The notes beneath the pieces were generated by a model. That model was not told where the DNA came from. It was given only the letters and a program-made list of their open reading frames with translations, and made no database searches. DNA of 64,000 bases, from positions 636,735-700,734 of the forward strand of contig JAHDYR010000038.1 of NCBI GenBank assembly GCA_019828565.1. The letters are read 5' to 3'. The stretch's first letter is position 1. Each line of letters starts with the position of its first letter. This document shows positions 31,847-42,328 of this stretch, one piece after another. The position numbers and the translations under genes are program-made. The stretch comes from Carpediemonas membranifera BICM (taxonomy: Eukaryota; Protista; Fornicata).

Positions 31847-32563
31847 ACGTGTGAGTGTATACTGTTTACTATGACATAAATGAGACATGTTGGCCAGATT
31901 TAGTACAGCACGGATTAGCGAGGCTGCCTGTCGTCTGGCCATCCGTCGTTGGCTCAGGCCAGCAGACCCCAGGAGGGCAAATGAAGCAGATCATTTGCCC
32001 GCAGCAGGCTCAACAGCTGCTGCTCTCTCAGTTCGATTAGTGCCCATGCACTGCTCCATGCTGATAGCTTGGCCATGCCCACGGAGGAAGGGATGCTCGG
32101 CACCACATGATTGGATGAGCATTAGACACGGGGCTGTTATTGTTCTCACGGCCATATTGAGCCTTATGGCCGCGGCAATCGTTCCACAATTTGCGAAATA
32201 TGACGGGCTCATTTCTCCATCAACAGTGAGAAATCATACGTCAAATGACTGTCTGCCACACGCACCTAACATCCTCTACGGCTCATAGACATGCCCGTTT
32301 TGTCCGATATCCAACCGAAATGTTTCAGTGGGCTTACGCCGATTTCGTTTGCCCACAGGTGTCAGAATTAATGCCAGACAGCTCTAGACTAAAAAATAAA
32401 TTACCCCAACGCCTGACAGCTTCGTGGATGCACATTGGCGTGCATGGGGTACCATATATTGCAGGTACGATCGACATAGATTCGATTTTGTCCAGATCAT
32501 ACTGCGACCATCATTGACCTGGCGATCACTTCTCCACGCTTGCTGTATTTCTCGGCCTAGGGA

Positions 32564-34555
32564 ATGAATACTATCGATGCGGACGTCGAAATACACTCAG
32601 ATGGTGAAATGATCGTTGCTGAGGAGTCGATTGTCCAAAATTTCGATGAGCGCAGCATGGCAACTGAGCTCACAGAAAAATCCCAAGTGGATGAAGCTGT
32701 TGAGGACCCTGAGGAGTCCTTCAACATGCTTGCCAACGAATCTATCGTTGTCGTGCCTGCAGAGCACGAAACAGAGGACTTTACGGCCGAGCTCATCAGC
32801 AAGGAGCCCGACGAAGTCCACTATGAGCCCGAGATCGACGCGGAGACCGACCTCCCCGCGACTCACTCCCTCTCTTTCGCTGAGCCTGTCACTGAAGAAG
32901 GCTCCGTGGCCACAGGTGACCTCATTGCTTCTAAGCTTGAAGAGCACATCGCTGCGTCCAACTCCGCCAACTACAGCAAGGAAGACCTCGGCGAGGCCGG
33001 CATCTTCTCGTCCATCTTCAACATCGCCAACACCATCCTGGGCGCGGGCACAGTGACCCTGCCCTACGCATTCAAGTCGGCCGGCATCTTCATGGGCCTC
33101 GTCCTCATCATCGCGTCCTACCTCGTCATGCTCTTTTCAATGCGAATCCTAGTCCGAGCCTGCCACCGTCTCGCCCCCCGTGTGTACTCCTACCGCGGCC
33201 TCGCCATCAAGTGCTTTGGTGGATGGGCTGGCCCCGTCATCGAAATTATGATCGCTTGCCTCACCACGGGCTTCCTCATCGCCTACACGATCATCATCGG
33301 CGACTACGTCTCAGCCCTGGCCGAGGACTACCTCCCCTTCGCCTCGTTCCTCCACTCGCCGTTTGTTATCAGGGTCCTCATGCTGACGTTCGTCATCTTC
33401 CCTCTCTGCTGCCTCAAGAGCATGCGCCTGCTGTCCTTTACCTCCGGCATCGCTGTGGCGTGCGTGCTCTTCACGTCTGTCTTTGTGGCCTTCTCTTTCC
33501 TGTTCTCCCTGGGTCAGGGCAACGCCGCAGTCCTGAAGAACGACGTCACCTGGTTCAAGTTCGACCTCTCTGCGTTCATGGCGATCTCCCTGTACTCCAC
33601 AGCCTTCGCCGCGCACTTCACCCTGCCCTCGATCTACCAGGAGCTCAAGAAGAAGGAGCTCTCCCTCCTCTCGCCCGCTGAGACACCCGCCCTCGAGTCT
33701 CCCGGTGCCCAGCTCGGCGCCCTCCGCTTTATTAAGCCCGACGAGCCCACCGTCGTCCGCAGAGTGACCAAGGAGGACTACCCCGAGGTCACGGCCGAGG
33801 AGGGCCGCTCGTCGTCTGACACGAGCGAGCACGTGTCATATGAGCGTAACAACTCCATCGAGCTCGGCTCCAAGTCGCCCCTGGGCCGGTCCAGGGCAAA
33901 CTCGACCTCTGAACTCAACCCTGCCGCCCGGTCCCGCCGCCAGAAGATGCGCAGGATTATCAAGTCCGGATCAGACAAGGACTGGCGCCGCATGTGGTCG
34001 TCCCTCTTCCTCGGGCTCTCCATCTGCATGCTCGTCTACTGTGTAGTCGGCATCTGCGGCTACCTGGAGTTTGGCGACTCTGGCACGAAGGACAACATCC
34101 TCATGAGTTTCGACAGCGGCAACGTTGCGCGGGACATGGCTATTGCTGCCATGAGCGCCGTCATCATGTTCTCGTTGCCCCTTGTGCACTTTGCCACGCG
34201 CCAGTCTACCCTCAACGCCATATGGTGCGTCGTCCGCCGCAAGCCGTACTCATTCGGCTGGCCGTCCCACATCATCTGCGCCATTTGCTGGCTTGCGGTC
34301 TGTCTCGCCGTCGCCACTGTTCTCCCGTCGGTGAGCATCGTCTTCAATGTCATGTTCTCGGTCTTCGGCACCCTCGTCTACTTCTTCATGCCCGGCCTCT
34401 TCTACATCAAGTTCCGCATGTCCTTTACCGACAAAGATGAGGGGCGTACCACTTGGCGGTCCCAGCTCAAGGATAAGACGGCGTGGGCAGCAGTGGTGCT
34501 GATGCTCATATCGCTGCCTCTTGGCGTCATTAGCTTTATTTCGACCTTCATCTGA
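32564..34555 (+). CDS. Amino acid transporter (Aa_trans, SLC38/AVT-like)
   Basis: SSIFNIANTILGAGTVTLPYAF, SYRGLA..CFG and GICGYLEFG...KDNIL; about 11 TM segments; acidic N-terminal tail. Confidence 0.92.
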   Translation: MNTIDADVEIHSDGEMIVAEESIVQNFDERSMATELTEKSQVDEAVEDPEESFNMLANESIVVVPAEHETEDFTAELISKEPDEVHYEPEIDAETDLPATHSLSFAEPVTEEGSVATGDLIASKLEEHIAASNSANYSKEDLGEAGIFSSIFNIANTILGAGTVTLPYAFKSAGIFMGLVLIIASYLVMLFSMRILVRACHRLAPRVYSYRGLAIKCFGGWAGPVIEIMIACLTTGFLIAYTIIIGDYVSALAEDYLPFASFLHSPFVIRVLMLTFVIFPLCCLKSMRLLSFTSGIAVACVLFTSVFVAFSFLFSLGQGNAAVLKNDVTWFKFDLSAFMAISLYSTAFAAHFTLPSIYQELKKKELSLLSPAETPALESPGAQLGALRFIKPDEPTVVRRVTKEDYPEVTAEEGRSSSDTSEHVSYERNNSIELGSKSPLGRSRANSTSELNPAARSRRQKMRRIIKSGSDKDWRRMWSSLFLGLSICMLVYCVVGICGYLEFGDSGTKDNILMSFDSGNVARDMAIAAMSAVIMFSLPLVHFATRQSTLNAIWCVVRRKPYSFGWPSHIICAICWLAVCLAVATVLPSVSIVFNVMFSVFGTLVYFFMPGLFYIKFRMSFTDKDEGRTTWRSQLKDKTAWAAVVLMLISLPLGVISFISTFI

Positions 34556-35282
34556 TTTTGTCTGAGCTCTACATCAGCGCTCAAGTATCGTAAAGACGAG
34601 TTTTTATTTTTTCATGCGGATGCTATGAGGTTCACTTGCGCCTGGAACCGTGATGCCTGGTCTATTCGGCCTCGGGTGTGAAGTCAGTGGAGTCACTCAA
34701 GCAACAGAACACCCGATGATCTCAACACAGAGAAACCATTTCGGAGGAGAGTGCCTCCCCGTGTCACCCCAACTTGGCGCCTACACGACGCTGTACTTGC
34801 TGCCCTCTGAGGAGTGATCATTCGTGATCTGTTGATGAAGGTCAATGTTGCACGCCGATTTTTGTACCCGCTCGACTTCGAGGTGGGCTCGCTCGCCATT
34901 CATCCAGCGGGAAATATGGCCAGTCCCAGCGATCCTGGCATGGCTGAGCGACAGATCGAAGCAATGGCGATCTGAGTCTGCATGGTTAAGTGGAATGTCA
35001 AGGGACATATTCTTGGTAAGCAACGTCTCATTTGCTTGGCGGGTGGTTCATGCATCCCAGTGATGTCACCAGACAGTGTTACATTTTACATTCCGGCACG
35101 TATTCAACATACGCCGTCCGTTTGAAGGCCCCAAATGCGACGCGATGTGCGTCGATTGGCTCAAGAGGTCTTTAGCTAGTATCAATTTCCCTCCTAGCCT
35201 CCCAATCATCGCTTATTTTACTGCGGCCTCGACATCCTACGAACCTTCGCAACGCTGCCTTCAGCAAACTGGCTGAGAAGTG

Positions 35283-36446
35283 ATGGATGAAACACCGTAC
35301 TCCAACGTATTTGCTCCGTACCACTACAACACTGCCTTCAACTCCGCACTCCGTGAGAAACTGGAGTTCATTTGCCGATCCAAGGGCCACATCAGCACGC
35401 TCATCACGCTCCACCCGATTGAGTTCAAAACACCCCAGCCAGTGCCCAAGGTGAGCCATTTCCTCCTTTCCGACGAATGGTGGACTCGTTGCGCAGCTAC
35501 GTTTCCTTGGATGCTTAGAGTCCGCGCCGCCTTCGACGGCGAGCCCGCTCTCCTGTGTCCCTACCGCGGGATCACACCCGCGCCCCTAGCAGTGGTGTTC
35601 TCCCTCATGCCGCGGTACTTCTGCCACGTGACAACTCTTGATCTCTCCGGCAACCCACTCGGGACCGATGGACTAAGTCTTTTCGAGGCTGCGTTCGCCG
35701 AGTTTGAGTCGCTCAAAGTCCTCGCCCTCGCCCATTGTGAGATTGACGACGCCGCGTGTATCAAATTATCGGGCGCCCTCGTCCGTGTCCCAGGACTTAC
35801 AGAGCTTTACCTTCATATGAATGACATCGCTGACGCCGGTCTCAGGGCCATCTGCCGGAGCCTGGGCGATTCCCTCAAAGTGCTCTCTCTATGGGGCAAT
35901 GTCATAACCGGCGACGGCTGCGCCGCTCTCGCCCCTCTGATCCAACGATCGCCGCTGACTCGGCTCAGCCTGGCCTACAACTACATCGGATGCACCGGCC
36001 TGGAACAGATCGCCCCCCACCTCAAGGCATGCCCCCTCATTGAGCTCGACCTCAGCGTCTGCGGTCTCGGGCCCGGCATTGGTCAGCTCATCAGGGAGAT
36101 GGCGGAGGGGCAGCAGGGGCTGACTGCGCTGAGGTGCTGGGGCAACTACATTGGTAAGGGGACGCGGGAGGAGCGGAAGGAGAATGCAGCTAATCTATTG
36201 TATCTATTCCGGCATGGTCAGAACAATTCTCTGGCGATTGTCGACTTACACGCGAACAACATCAGCGCGAGGGCCACTCGAAAGCTGTGCATGGCCCTTG
36301 CGAGACACACATCCGTGCGGACTGCGAACCTCAGGGGGAACTGCTGTGACGGCGTGAGACGGTGGGTCCTGGTGCTGCTTCGGCCGACGCTGCGGGGGTA
36401 TTTTAAGAACGTGGCGGGAGAGCCGAGCGCTAAATATCTGGTCTGA
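35283..36446 (+). CDS. RNI-like leucine-rich-repeat protein
   Basis: Repeats of LxxLxLxxNxIxxxG (LDLSGNPLG, LYLHMNDIADAG, LSLWGNVITGDG). Confidence 0.88.
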   Translation: MDETPYSNVFAPYHYNTAFNSALREKLEFICRSKGHISTLITLHPIEFKTPQPVPKVSHFLLSDEWWTRCAATFPWMLRVRAAFDGEPALLCPYRGITPAPLAVVFSLMPRYFCHVTTLDLSGNPLGTDGLSLFEAAFAEFESLKVLALAHCEIDDAACIKLSGALVRVPGLTELYLHMNDIADAGLRAICRSLGDSLKVLSLWGNVITGDGCAALAPLIQRSPLTRLSLAYNYIGCTGLEQIAPHLKACPLIELDLSVCGLGPGIGQLIREMAEGQQGLTALRCWGNYIGKGTREERKENAANLLYLFRHGQNNSLAIVDLHANNISARATRKLCMALARHTSVRTANLRGNCCDGVRRWVLVLLRPTLRGYFKNVAGEPSAKYLV

Positions 36447-36496
36447 GTGGTTGGGCGATCGAATCTTGACGATTTGACGATTTTTGTGCAAGCGGC

Positions 36497-37174
36497 ATGT
36501 CTGAAGGAAAGAAGGCTCCTGGGCATGAGCTCAACTGGAAAATGTTTGAAATGAAGAAGAAGAAGCCAAAGCCACCATCAGCTCGAGAGTTGAAGCGGCA
36601 GGAGAAGAAATCTGACGAGCTTGCACGATTGAAGCGTCTGGACGACCTTCGCCGACGAAAGCGGTCAGCAAACGCTTCAATGCGCCTTAAAAATGCGTCA
36701 AAGGTTCCAGCAATCAGTGTAGACACGCTCTTTGACACCATCCGTGCTCAATCAAACCCCACGAAGCCTCTAACCCGACGGACCCAGCCCATCAAGCCAG
36801 CCAACCCAAGCTGCAGCACGCAAGTGGTCTCTTCTCGGCCCACCATCGAACATCCACGGCGTTTGGACGAATCCCCGTCCTCACCACCCCTGACCTCCCA
36901 AGACCTCCGCGACCAAGCTGAACAAGCCCGCGCTGACTTACTTCTTGTCCCCCTCGCCGCTACAGTCCCTCCGCCAGACATCATGAGTCTGACCTGCTCC
37001 CAAGCTGCAACCCCGACCCAGGCTGGGCCAGGGAGCTCGGCCCAGGATCTGATGGAGGCCATTGCTACACTGGCACAGCGGGGAAAGGGGTGGGACCAGA
37101 GCGAGGGCAGGGAAATGGCGATGAAGATGATCAATGTGCGGCGGGGCGAGGGACCCCGGTCAGTGCTGGACTAG
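36497..37174 (+). CDS. Hypothetical protein with basic N-terminus
   Basis: 225-aa ORF with K/R-rich, NLS-like N-terminus. Confidence 0.6.
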   Translation: MSEGKKAPGHELNWKMFEMKKKKPKPPSARELKRQEKKSDELARLKRLDDLRRRKRSANASMRLKNASKVPAISVDTLFDTIRAQSNPTKPLTRRTQPIKPANPSCSTQVVSSRPTIEHPRRLDESPSSPPLTSQDLRDQAEQARADLLLVPLAATVPPPDIMSLTCSQAATPTQAGPGSSAQDLMEAIATLAQRGKGWDQSEGREMAMKMINVRRGEGPRSVLD

Positions 37175-37388
37175 CCGTGGGCTCAGTGTCTTCCCCCCTC
37201 AGCCCCACCCGTTCTATTGATGAGATGGCCGTGCTTGGTCGCTTTGAGGTCGGGTCGGTGAGCCTGTGTGTGTTAGACCTGACGCATCCCGTGCATGGCA
37301 GCTTAAATTGGTAAAACGAGCGCTTAAATTCTGCTAGCCTCCACTGATCGTCATGACATGTGCGCCTCACTAGGTCAATCTTGTGACC

Positions 37389-39566
37389 ATGAACCGAGTT
37401 CTGAGCACAAAGGAATGTCACGCACCAACATATGAACCAAATGCGTGCTGCTGTGTCGAGTCCACCGAGAATCCATTCTCCCAAGCCCCCATACCGATGT
37501 CTCCCACCCGTGTACAGTTCAGAGACATTATTGATGACCAAGAAGCTCTCAATCAGCTCCTCAATGACGCCGCTCAAGCTACACAGCTCTCGATGATCAT
37601 TTCAGGCCTCGATGGCAAGCCACTCTCCGCAAACCACCGCCCTCCACGGATATGCGAAGCGGTGCGGTCACGAGAGTATGGCCAGCTGATGTGTGAGCGG
37701 TCCGACGCCGGCAGCGGTGTGTCGCCAACTCACCCTGAAGTTTCGTTCACCTGCCACTCGGTCAGCTACCTGCATGAGGGGGGGACCGGTATCTACCTCC
37801 AGGACAGGATGATCGCCCAGTGCATCGTCGGTGGGGTCAGGACTGAGGACGAGGCCGACCTCCCCGAGGAGAGGCTCAAGCAAGGGGAGAAGCTCGGGCT
37901 TGACAGGGACTGGATGAAAGCCCAATGGGAGGCGACTCAGTTCATGCCCCTCGAGGAGTTTGACAAGAGACTGAAGTTCATGTCAGTATTTACCAGTCAG
38001 CTGAGCGAGGCGGCGCTCGTGGCGTACGAGTCGGGCCAGCTCGCGGCAAACCTGCAACAGACGAACCAAAGGCTGACTGCCGCTAAGGCCGAGCTGGAGG
38101 AGGAAGTATTGGCTCAGACGAGGCATCTGGCAGAGTCGAATGATGCCCTCGCCGCCTCATTGGAGACCCGCCGTCTGTTTCTCGGTCGGGTTTCACACGA
38201 CATGCGGACCCCACTACTCGGAATCAACGGCACGGCGATACTAATGGAGGAGGAGATGGGGCGACTGCAGGACGAGTTTGACGACTGTGAGATGGAGTCG
38301 AACCTCTCGATCATGCACACCTCGTGCGAGCTGCTGCTGACCTACATAGACCAGTTGTTGGACTTTTCTCGACTGGAGGCGCTGGAGGAAAGCGGCCAGC
38401 CGTATGTGCTGGAAGACCAGCCGATGTCGATGGTCGAGTTTTTGACTTCGATGACTCAGCTCTTTGAACCAATGGCTGCCCAAAAGAGCATCACGCTGAC
38501 AGTTGATGACAAGGCTATTGAAGCTGATCAGTTCCATCGGTGTGACCCACTCCGACTGGCCCAGCTCCTCTCCAACGTCATCGGCAACGCCATGAAATTC
38601 ACCCCCGAGGGCAGCCGCGTCACGTGCACAGTTGAGCTACTAGGCCCCGGCCTGCCCCGCATGGTCGACCCCGAGTGCGATGTTGCCATCGTAGACACGG
38701 CCACCAGTCTCGACGAAGCGCTGCCACCTGAGCTATTCGACGGCGCCCACGTCCCCGCGCACTACCCTGCCGCCCCAGAGGGCGCTGACCTCGTCGCCTT
38801 CTCCGTCTCGGATACCGGCCCGGGCATAGAAGAAGGACGCATCTACAGCATATTCAGCACGTTCTCCCAGGAGGATGTGAGCACGCCGCGTGTCTACGGC
38901 GGATCAGGGCTGGGGCTATCGATGTGCAGGGTTATATGCGTCGACATGTACCACGGCTCTTTAGTCGTCCAAAACAAGCCGGCTGGCGGCGCCCTGTTTG
39001 TTGCAATCCTCCCACTTCTTCGGACGCATGATGCTCCTGAAGCTTTCGTTGATACGATCAGTAGTTCTGCCGCATTCCAGCGCCACGGGATCGACTTCGA
39101 CAGGGCACGAGAGCTACTTGCAGGCATCGAGGAGGGCATGGTTCTTGACCCCCCGAACATGGCCACGACGACGAGTTGCGTGCTCATCGTGGACGACGTC
39201 GAGGTCAACCGGATCGTAATTGGCAGACTGTTGCGCTCAGCACTGCGTGAACGAAATCAGACCTGTCGTATCCACTTCGCATCTGATGGGGCAGAGGCGA
39301 TCGAGAAGATCCAAACCCAAAGATACGATCTGATCTTCATGGATCTATACATGCCTGAAGGCGTCAGCGGCTACGACGCCGTGAAGATCATTCGCACAAT
39401 GGAGGAGACGAACCACACTGCCCGACATCCCGTTGTGGCCGTAACGGCATCCATGTCAGGCCCAGAGGTCGAGGAGCGGTGCGAGCGGGACGGGTTCGAT
39501 GGGATTCTTGGGAAGCCGTTCAAGATGGAGGACCTCAACGCCGTCCTTGACGTGTTTATGCCCTAG
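37389..39566 (+). CDS. Hybrid sensor histidine kinase: PocR-like sensor, HisKA, HATPase, receiver
   Basis: PocR-like DG.PL...ICEAVRS...MCERSD...FTCH; H-box VSHDMRTPL; N-box SNVIGNAMKF; DTGPGI; GGSGLGL; REC IVDD, FMDLYMP, GKPF. Confidence 0.92.
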   Translation: MNRVLSTKECHAPTYEPNACCCVESTENPFSQAPIPMSPTRVQFRDIIDDQEALNQLLNDAAQATQLSMIISGLDGKPLSANHRPPRICEAVRSREYGQLMCERSDAGSGVSPTHPEVSFTCHSVSYLHEGGTGIYLQDRMIAQCIVGGVRTEDEADLPEERLKQGEKLGLDRDWMKAQWEATQFMPLEEFDKRLKFMSVFTSQLSEAALVAYESGQLAANLQQTNQRLTAAKAELEEEVLAQTRHLAESNDALAASLETRRLFLGRVSHDMRTPLLGINGTAILMEEEMGRLQDEFDDCEMESNLSIMHTSCELLLTYIDQLLDFSRLEALEESGQPYVLEDQPMSMVEFLTSMTQLFEPMAAQKSITLTVDDKAIEADQFHRCDPLRLAQLLSNVIGNAMKFTPEGSRVTCTVELLGPGLPRMVDPECDVAIVDTATSLDEALPPELFDGAHVPAHYPAAPEGADLVAFSVSDTGPGIEEGRIYSIFSTFSQEDVSTPRVYGGSGLGLSMCRVICVDMYHGSLVVQNKPAGGALFVAILPLLRTHDAPEAFVDTISSSAAFQRHGIDFDRARELLAGIEEGMVLDPPNMATTTSCVLIVDDVEVNRIVIGRLLRSALRERNQTCRIHFASDGAEAIEKIQTQRYDLIFMDLYMPEGVSGYDAVKIIRTMEETNHTARHPVVAVTASMSGPEVEERCERDGFDGILGKPFKMEDLNAVLDVFMP

Positions 39567-40075
39567 AATGAGTGCTAAATGGAGTTTGACTCGCTCACTC
39601 TGGTCGAGCGGATGGCTGACAATTTGGGAGATCATGGGCCCACCCAGGGCTCAACAGACGGTCCACGCAGCTCCGAGAAAAAGAACGGTTCACTTTTGAG
39701 ATGAAATTGTGACGACGAAAGCAACCCCCCAATTTGAATGCTCTTTGGAACAATAGGCACCGATATATGTTGTGTCTTTTGACCTTACTGTCTACTACAG
39801 CGCTCCGGCAGGGGCCTGCATCCATCTGACAACCGGACGAAGCGAAATGTCGGGCCTGGTGAGGGTATGGATGCGCTTGAGGCAATGGAGGTAGCCAAAC
39901 CAGCAGCGTCAGGCAAGTGCTAGCCCAACGGCCCAGCCTCAACATGCCAAGCGTGCGAGTCAGCAACAGTTCTGGGAGATGCAAAAGACCAAGACAGACG
40001 TCACGAATGCGACCACACTGGGCCTTAGATGAACTGCAGGCCCTGATGTTGCCCTCAGCAAGGGCATGTGAGGTC

Positions 40076-41725
40076 ATGATTCTTGACTTTGCTTTGAGTC
40101 ACGTTCTGAGCAACGCTCGTTTCTCAACACTGCAAGCGTTTACCAATCCAAGCTATTCGTCAGCTGACGTCAAAGAAGCACTTAACACCGCGTACTTCAT
40201 TTCACTTGTTATTACTGCGTTTATTGCTGGTGACATCCCCTCTCTGCTCCGCAACGCGTACTCCAGGCACTTCAACGAGGATATGCCAGTGTATCACGAT
40301 GCACATATCACATATGCACCAGAGATCGCTACTTCGCGCGATTCACTCATCATCATGCTCTCCGAGATTCCCCCTCTCAAACCAACTGCGCAAGCCCTCC
40401 TCGACCGTGCCCGCTCGATCCTCACCAGCGGCCCTCCGATGTCCATGAACATCGAGCTCGCGGAGGGTGAGGAGCTCCCGGTCGCACTGCACACCCTGCT
40501 CCAGGGTGCCGCTTGGGCGTGTCTCATGGGTGGAGGGGCCAACCCTGACCTCAAAGACAACATCTTGAAAGAAGCTCGAGAGAAGTGGCCAGACAAAGCA
40601 AATGTGCACGACAAAATCCGCAACGCTCTCACCCCCGAGGCCAAGTGCCTCTGGTTCCTCTGCCGCAAGTTCTTCTTCTCGGTGAATGTCGCCGAGCTGG
40701 ACGGCAAAAGCTACCAATACTGTTGGCAGGATAGATACTACCACCACCGCATGTACATGGGTCGACTCTTCATGCTCGACACTGCCAACAACACCACCAT
40801 CACAAGGGCCAGGATGCCCGGAGCCCTCGAGGTGTACAGCGACAGGATCACCCACATCGCCAAAACTCCCAAGGGCCTGTGGGGCTGGGGGGATAATCAG
40901 CATGACCACCTTGGGTTCAAGTCATCTGGGTTCGTCAACCCAACCCGCCTCACCTTCCCAGCCTGCCCCAAGCTCGCCATGTTCGAAGCCAGCCAGCCCG
41001 TCTGGAAGAAGCATCAGGCCGTTAAAGTGCGGCTGAGGACGAGTCACACTCTCATCCTCACGCCAGTCGGCGCAGCAATGGCGGGCTACTACTCGCCCCG
41101 CTACGTCGGCGCCGTGGCTGATGAGCACTTATTTCACCCTATCGTTGTCCCTGACAAGTTTATTCCAGACCATGTGATGCATGAGGAGTGGACCATCATC
41201 TTGACCATGGGCGATCGACAGCTGATCAGTGGCGACAATAGGAACGGCCAGTTGGGGCTCGGGCACAAGCGCGAGATGACTGGCTTCGTCGACCTGCCCT
41301 TCAGGGTCGACCGGATCATGACTGTGGGCAAACACTTCCGAGTGTTTCTCAGCGGCCATCAGCTGCTCTTTGTCGGTCTGGTCCAACATCACATAGCCCG
41401 GTCGGGTCTGCTACCCGGGAGCTTCTTGGGTAACACCATCACCCGCCCCACTCCGCTCTGCTTCAGGGCGCACGTCAAGGCCTGGTACTGCGACTGGGAG
41501 CGACTGTGCTGGGTGACTGAAGGCTTGACTCATTGCTGCGGGGCCGCGGAGTTTATCGTCACTTTCGAGGCTACTGCGTTCACTGAGGATGGACGCTTCT
41601 GCCTAGGCGATGGCCGCTGGTTCGTCTTGACGGAAATAGCCTCGGGCGAGGGTGTTGTGGTGGAGTGTGAACGGCCGTGCCGGTGCCACTATATTATCCC
41701 TGTCGAGGTCGACCCGTCGGAGTAA
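40076..41725 (+). CDS. RCC1-like repeat protein of the WFLC(K/R)KFFF family; start uncertain
   Basis: LWGWGDNQHDHLG and SGDNRNGQLGLG RCC1 motifs; N-terminal motifs shared with 1478..2929. Confidence 0.8.
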   Translation: MILDFALSHVLSNARFSTLQAFTNPSYSSADVKEALNTAYFISLVITAFIAGDIPSLLRNAYSRHFNEDMPVYHDAHITYAPEIATSRDSLIIMLSEIPPLKPTAQALLDRARSILTSGPPMSMNIELAEGEELPVALHTLLQGAAWACLMGGGANPDLKDNILKEAREKWPDKANVHDKIRNALTPEAKCLWFLCRKFFFSVNVAELDGKSYQYCWQDRYYHHRMYMGRLFMLDTANNTTITRARMPGALEVYSDRITHIAKTPKGLWGWGDNQHDHLGFKSSGFVNPTRLTFPACPKLAMFEASQPVWKKHQAVKVRLRTSHTLILTPVGAAMAGYYSPRYVGAVADEHLFHPIVVPDKFIPDHVMHEEWTIILTMGDRQLISGDNRNGQLGLGHKREMTGFVDLPFRVDRIMTVGKHFRVFLSGHQLLFVGLVQHHIARSGLLPGSFLGNTITRPTPLCFRAHVKAWYCDWERLCWVTEGLTHCCGAAEFIVTFEATAFTEDGRFCLGDGRWFVLTEIASGEGVVVECERPCRCHYIIPVEVDPSE

Positions 41726-42328
41726 ACTAAAAATCTCTTTCTCTGTGAGGCCATGACCGTTGTAAGGGGCGTGGCTGTTGGGTGAAATGCCATAGTGTCT
41801 TGGAAGATTGGAAGAGCCTGGATAAGGGGCATCGACATGTCGCCCAGGACGCAGTGCCAGGCTCAGCTGTCGTCGCAGTTGGAACACTAAACTGCACCGC
41901 ATGCAACTGCCGAATCGAAGAGGATCAAGAACTAATAAGGAGTCTTTACTGTGAATTAGCGCTGAAATACCTTGTGTTACCGCTTGAGCTTCAAAACTTT
42001 GCTTTCCCCCTTGTTCTTTCAGTATTAGCTTCATCGGGTGATTCTTGGGGTAGAATATGCATTCATTTGCACAACAGGTTGCTCTTTTCAGCTCTATAGC
42101 ATGCATTAGTCATCATTGTTTCAAGCTAAGGCCATAACATGCCCAAACCTACAGAACGAATCGTGAACGCAAGCTGCTGAAATTCTCGAGGGTATTCGCG
42201 AGCTGTGACAGATTTTCCCTGAAACACGGCGCACATAGCGAGTTTCGACCATTTTTGCCGCGGCGTCACGTTGTATGTCACGAAATAGTGACTTTGTCAC
42301 GATATTGTTCGAGTCGTTTTCAGAAATC

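Noticed and set aside
34578-34593. CTCAAGTATCGTA as a further Fanzor repeat or target
   Set aside because: Short, contains an indel and lacks flanking similarity; compatible with chance.
34693-35063. Small ORFs between the transporter and LRR genes
   Set aside because: No motifs or consistent splice pattern.
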